Assembly (NCBI GenBank): GCA_973895155.1
Contig: OZ316896.1
Span: 23,580,600 to 23,644,599 of the forward strand
DNA from: Marsupella aquatica
Lineage: Eukaryota; Plantae; Marchantiophyta
Length of the DNA: 64,000 nucleotides
Reading direction: 5' to 3'
Shown here: positions 61,501 through 64,000 of the stretch, piece after piece
Numbering within the stretch: the first letter of the stretch is position 1
Layout of the letters: every line of letters starts with the position of its first letter
Program-made: the position numbers and the translations under genes
Notes under the pieces: generated by a model
Told to the model about the DNA's origin: nothing
Databases searched by the model: none
Seen by the model: the letters and a program-made list of their open reading frames with translations, nothing else

Positions 61501-64000
61501 TTTGTGATGGGTTTCCTGTTGATGGTGTAAGTAGGCCATACCAGCATCATTAGGTGTCAGTGCTTTGAAAGACCTAGACGTTAATTCCCTTGCTGTGCGT
61601 CGGAAAGCAAAGGAACCTATTGGAGGAATTGCGAGGCTCAGTCATGAAAATGGTATGCTGTACTCAACCTTGGTCGCCTCCAGAGGAAAACTGGTTGCTT
61701 TTGCTACTTTATTGTGAGGTTTTGAAAATGACGTTTGGATGAATCCTTCTGCAGCTCTGTGTCAACCAAAATGTATTTGTTGGCCACCCTGGATGCCTCG
61801 CTAGTATATAATTGTAAACTGGACATAATGTTCTAGTTTGAAATTCTGATGTTAAAATGTCAAGAATAACGAACAGATGTTAATTTCTATTCATTCGTTG
61901 TAACTCGACAGGGTCAGAGATGGTCATTAATGTGGAGTACAATCAGCTTGATCCCCTGCTTCGTGGTACTGGTCATGCTGATGGTGACGTCAACGACGAG
62001 ACTGGGTTCTCACCTTTTCCTGGGAATATCAATCAGGTTCATGTTCTGTCCTTTCTGTGAGACTGTAAATGACAATTCATCTGTGCGACAGTTGCATTGA
62101 ATTGATTTCACTGAGGGTTTGTAGGATAAAAAGTTTGTATCTGGAGCCGCCATCACTATGTCGGACTTCTTCACTTCTTCTCGTCTTCACTTCCTAATTG
62201 GGTATCAGTAAGTGCAAGGTATTATTTCATTAGGGTTCTTTTCCATTCCGAACGACATGCGCAGTGTGTACCTTCAATGGGTTAATTTTGATGCTTTTCA
62301 TTACCTACACCATTGACCTGGGTCGATTGCTAATAGCAAGCTCCAGTGAGTGCTTGCCCTTCTAAATTGCTAAGGGATTGTGATGCACCTCAATTACACT
62401 TCCCCGGATGACCTCAGCTTAAGTGCAACTCAAGCAGTTGGGCCTGGTTAAGTGAGCTGGTATATTTAAAATCTTCATGTTTACATTGTACTGATAATTG
62501 TCTTGCTTTCTGAATCTAGCTAGTGCTGAAACTTGCTTCCTACCTTGAAGAACTCACAAAAACAAATGGGGCTATTGTAGAATTCGTCAATCCCAAGTGA
62601 GTTATCTGTTCCCGCTCTCAAACTTTATTCTTGCTATGCAGTGGTCTAGTTATCTTAGTTATGCATAAATTGTGGATCAATATCATTAAATTTAATATTC
62701 ATTGAGATAAGGTTATGCACAACAACAAGGTGCACCTTATGCTCCTGATCAAACCGTGTCCCGCAGATACAAGGATGGCAGTAAGACATCTTTCAAATCC
62801 TCGACCAGGTTGGAATGTATGATGCAAGATTACCCGAGGACACTCCCACCATCAGCCAAAGTTGGGTTCACGGTAAGGTACTCGATAACCTTAGATTGGC
62901 AGGGTGTGGAGCAAGTATGACATTAATCTCTATGGCACCTCTCATGATCCTTTGGGCAATTTTATTTAGCTACACGCAGCATAGTCATATAGACTAAGAA
63001 TATCTCCTTGACCAGATTGCTGATTATCGCTTCATTCTAGGTTCTGGACACATGGTTGGCCTATGCGCCAGTGAAGAACAACCCTGAGGATGCAGCAAGG
63101 GTGAGATTGTCGCTGGCTCTTGTCGAAGTAGTCTTCGAAGTTCTTCATTTGACAATGGGATGGGAATTGGATTTTGACCATTATGCGTGTGCACTCTTTC
63201 TGATATATGGATACGATTCACTGGGAAGAGTCAGAGAGTGTGTCGAAATCGATTTAATCTCTTATAGTTACAAATGGAGTCTCACGTCAATTACGTCACT
63301 AGCCCCAGGGTACCAGATCAGGTCTTGACAATCGGGTTACGCTTTCTTTCCGGTAACGTAGCCAACCATGGCCCTTAACTTTTGCGTCATAGTATATGTC
63401 GTTTCAGGGAGGGAGTAGGACGTAGCAGAGAGTCTGATGACTTGGATATAGTTTGGACTTCGTGCCTAGAATTGAATTGTGAAAAACCCTGCTTGTTTGG
63501 TAAGTAGGTACCATCTGGTAATCCTCCGCACAGTGCAACATCCGGAGAGATGGCAATCTATAAAGCAAATTGCCTCATCTTGCGACAGGTATTTTCATTG
63601 CTGAATTCAGTGGATATAGTGCAAGTCAGCATTTACTACTTTGGATAACCATGGAGATCCATGAGATCATGATAAACTTGTGCTCCTTGACTCCCTGAAA
63701 CAGAACAGCTGAGTCGTAGGCATGTGCATGTATTTATTTGTTCCTGACCCTAGATTGTTATCCATCGGCTTTGAAGGGCTTTCCTAAATATCTGGAATTA
63801 TAGTTCGACTGTAGCTGTAGTCCTTGGATACCTGCAAGGAGCCCTGATATATTTAAATGTCCTTGAATCTCAGAAGGTTCATTCTGAAGATCTAATGATG
63901 GTACTAATTGGTACGTACAGGCTGGTGCAAGTATTGAAGGCCCCAAACTACAGACCTTCAATGGCCAAGAGGTAGAGGTATGGCCGCGCATTGTCTGGAG
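55520..64000 (+). CDS. USP: UDP-sugar pyrophosphorylase (multi-exon, continues past window end)
   Basis: Exons encode [167 protein letters not shown]. Confidence 0.95.

Overview
Eukaryotic, land-plant-type genomic DNA; a non-seed plant is likely but that is inference. The first ~32 kb is a nest of decayed transposons: a DUF7869/Sola-like DDE transposase, and two head-to-head copies of a non-chromovirus Ty3/gypsy LTR retrotransposon that bracket a CACTA (En/Spm) fragment carrying tandem-BRCT and F-box-like ORFs. Two intron-rich host genes follow: U2AF65 (~33.1-40.2 kb) and UDP-sugar pyrophosphorylase (55.5 kb to window end). Between them lie a probable solo LTR and a Mutator-like element. Three main observations. 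(1) The Mutator-like element (GCM-like Zn cluster, DDE core, SWIM) is paired divergently with an intron-containing ParB/Srx-like plus beta-class N4/N6 DNA-methyltransferase-fold gene, and about 10 copies of an 18-bp palindrome GCTAGCGA-NN-TCGCTAGC lie mostly in its introns and intergenic DNA (parS-like or VANC-target-like). (2) The retrotransposon has ~4.67-kb LTRs, most of which is one ~1,100-1,200-aa sense ORF (Athila/Tat accessory-type domain plus long coiled coil), and a ~0.9-kb ORF-less relative of that LTR sits next door. (3) U2AF65 has a tandemly duplicated 89-nt RRM2 exon, probably mutually exclusive. All domain calls come from reading motifs by eye; no database searches were run.
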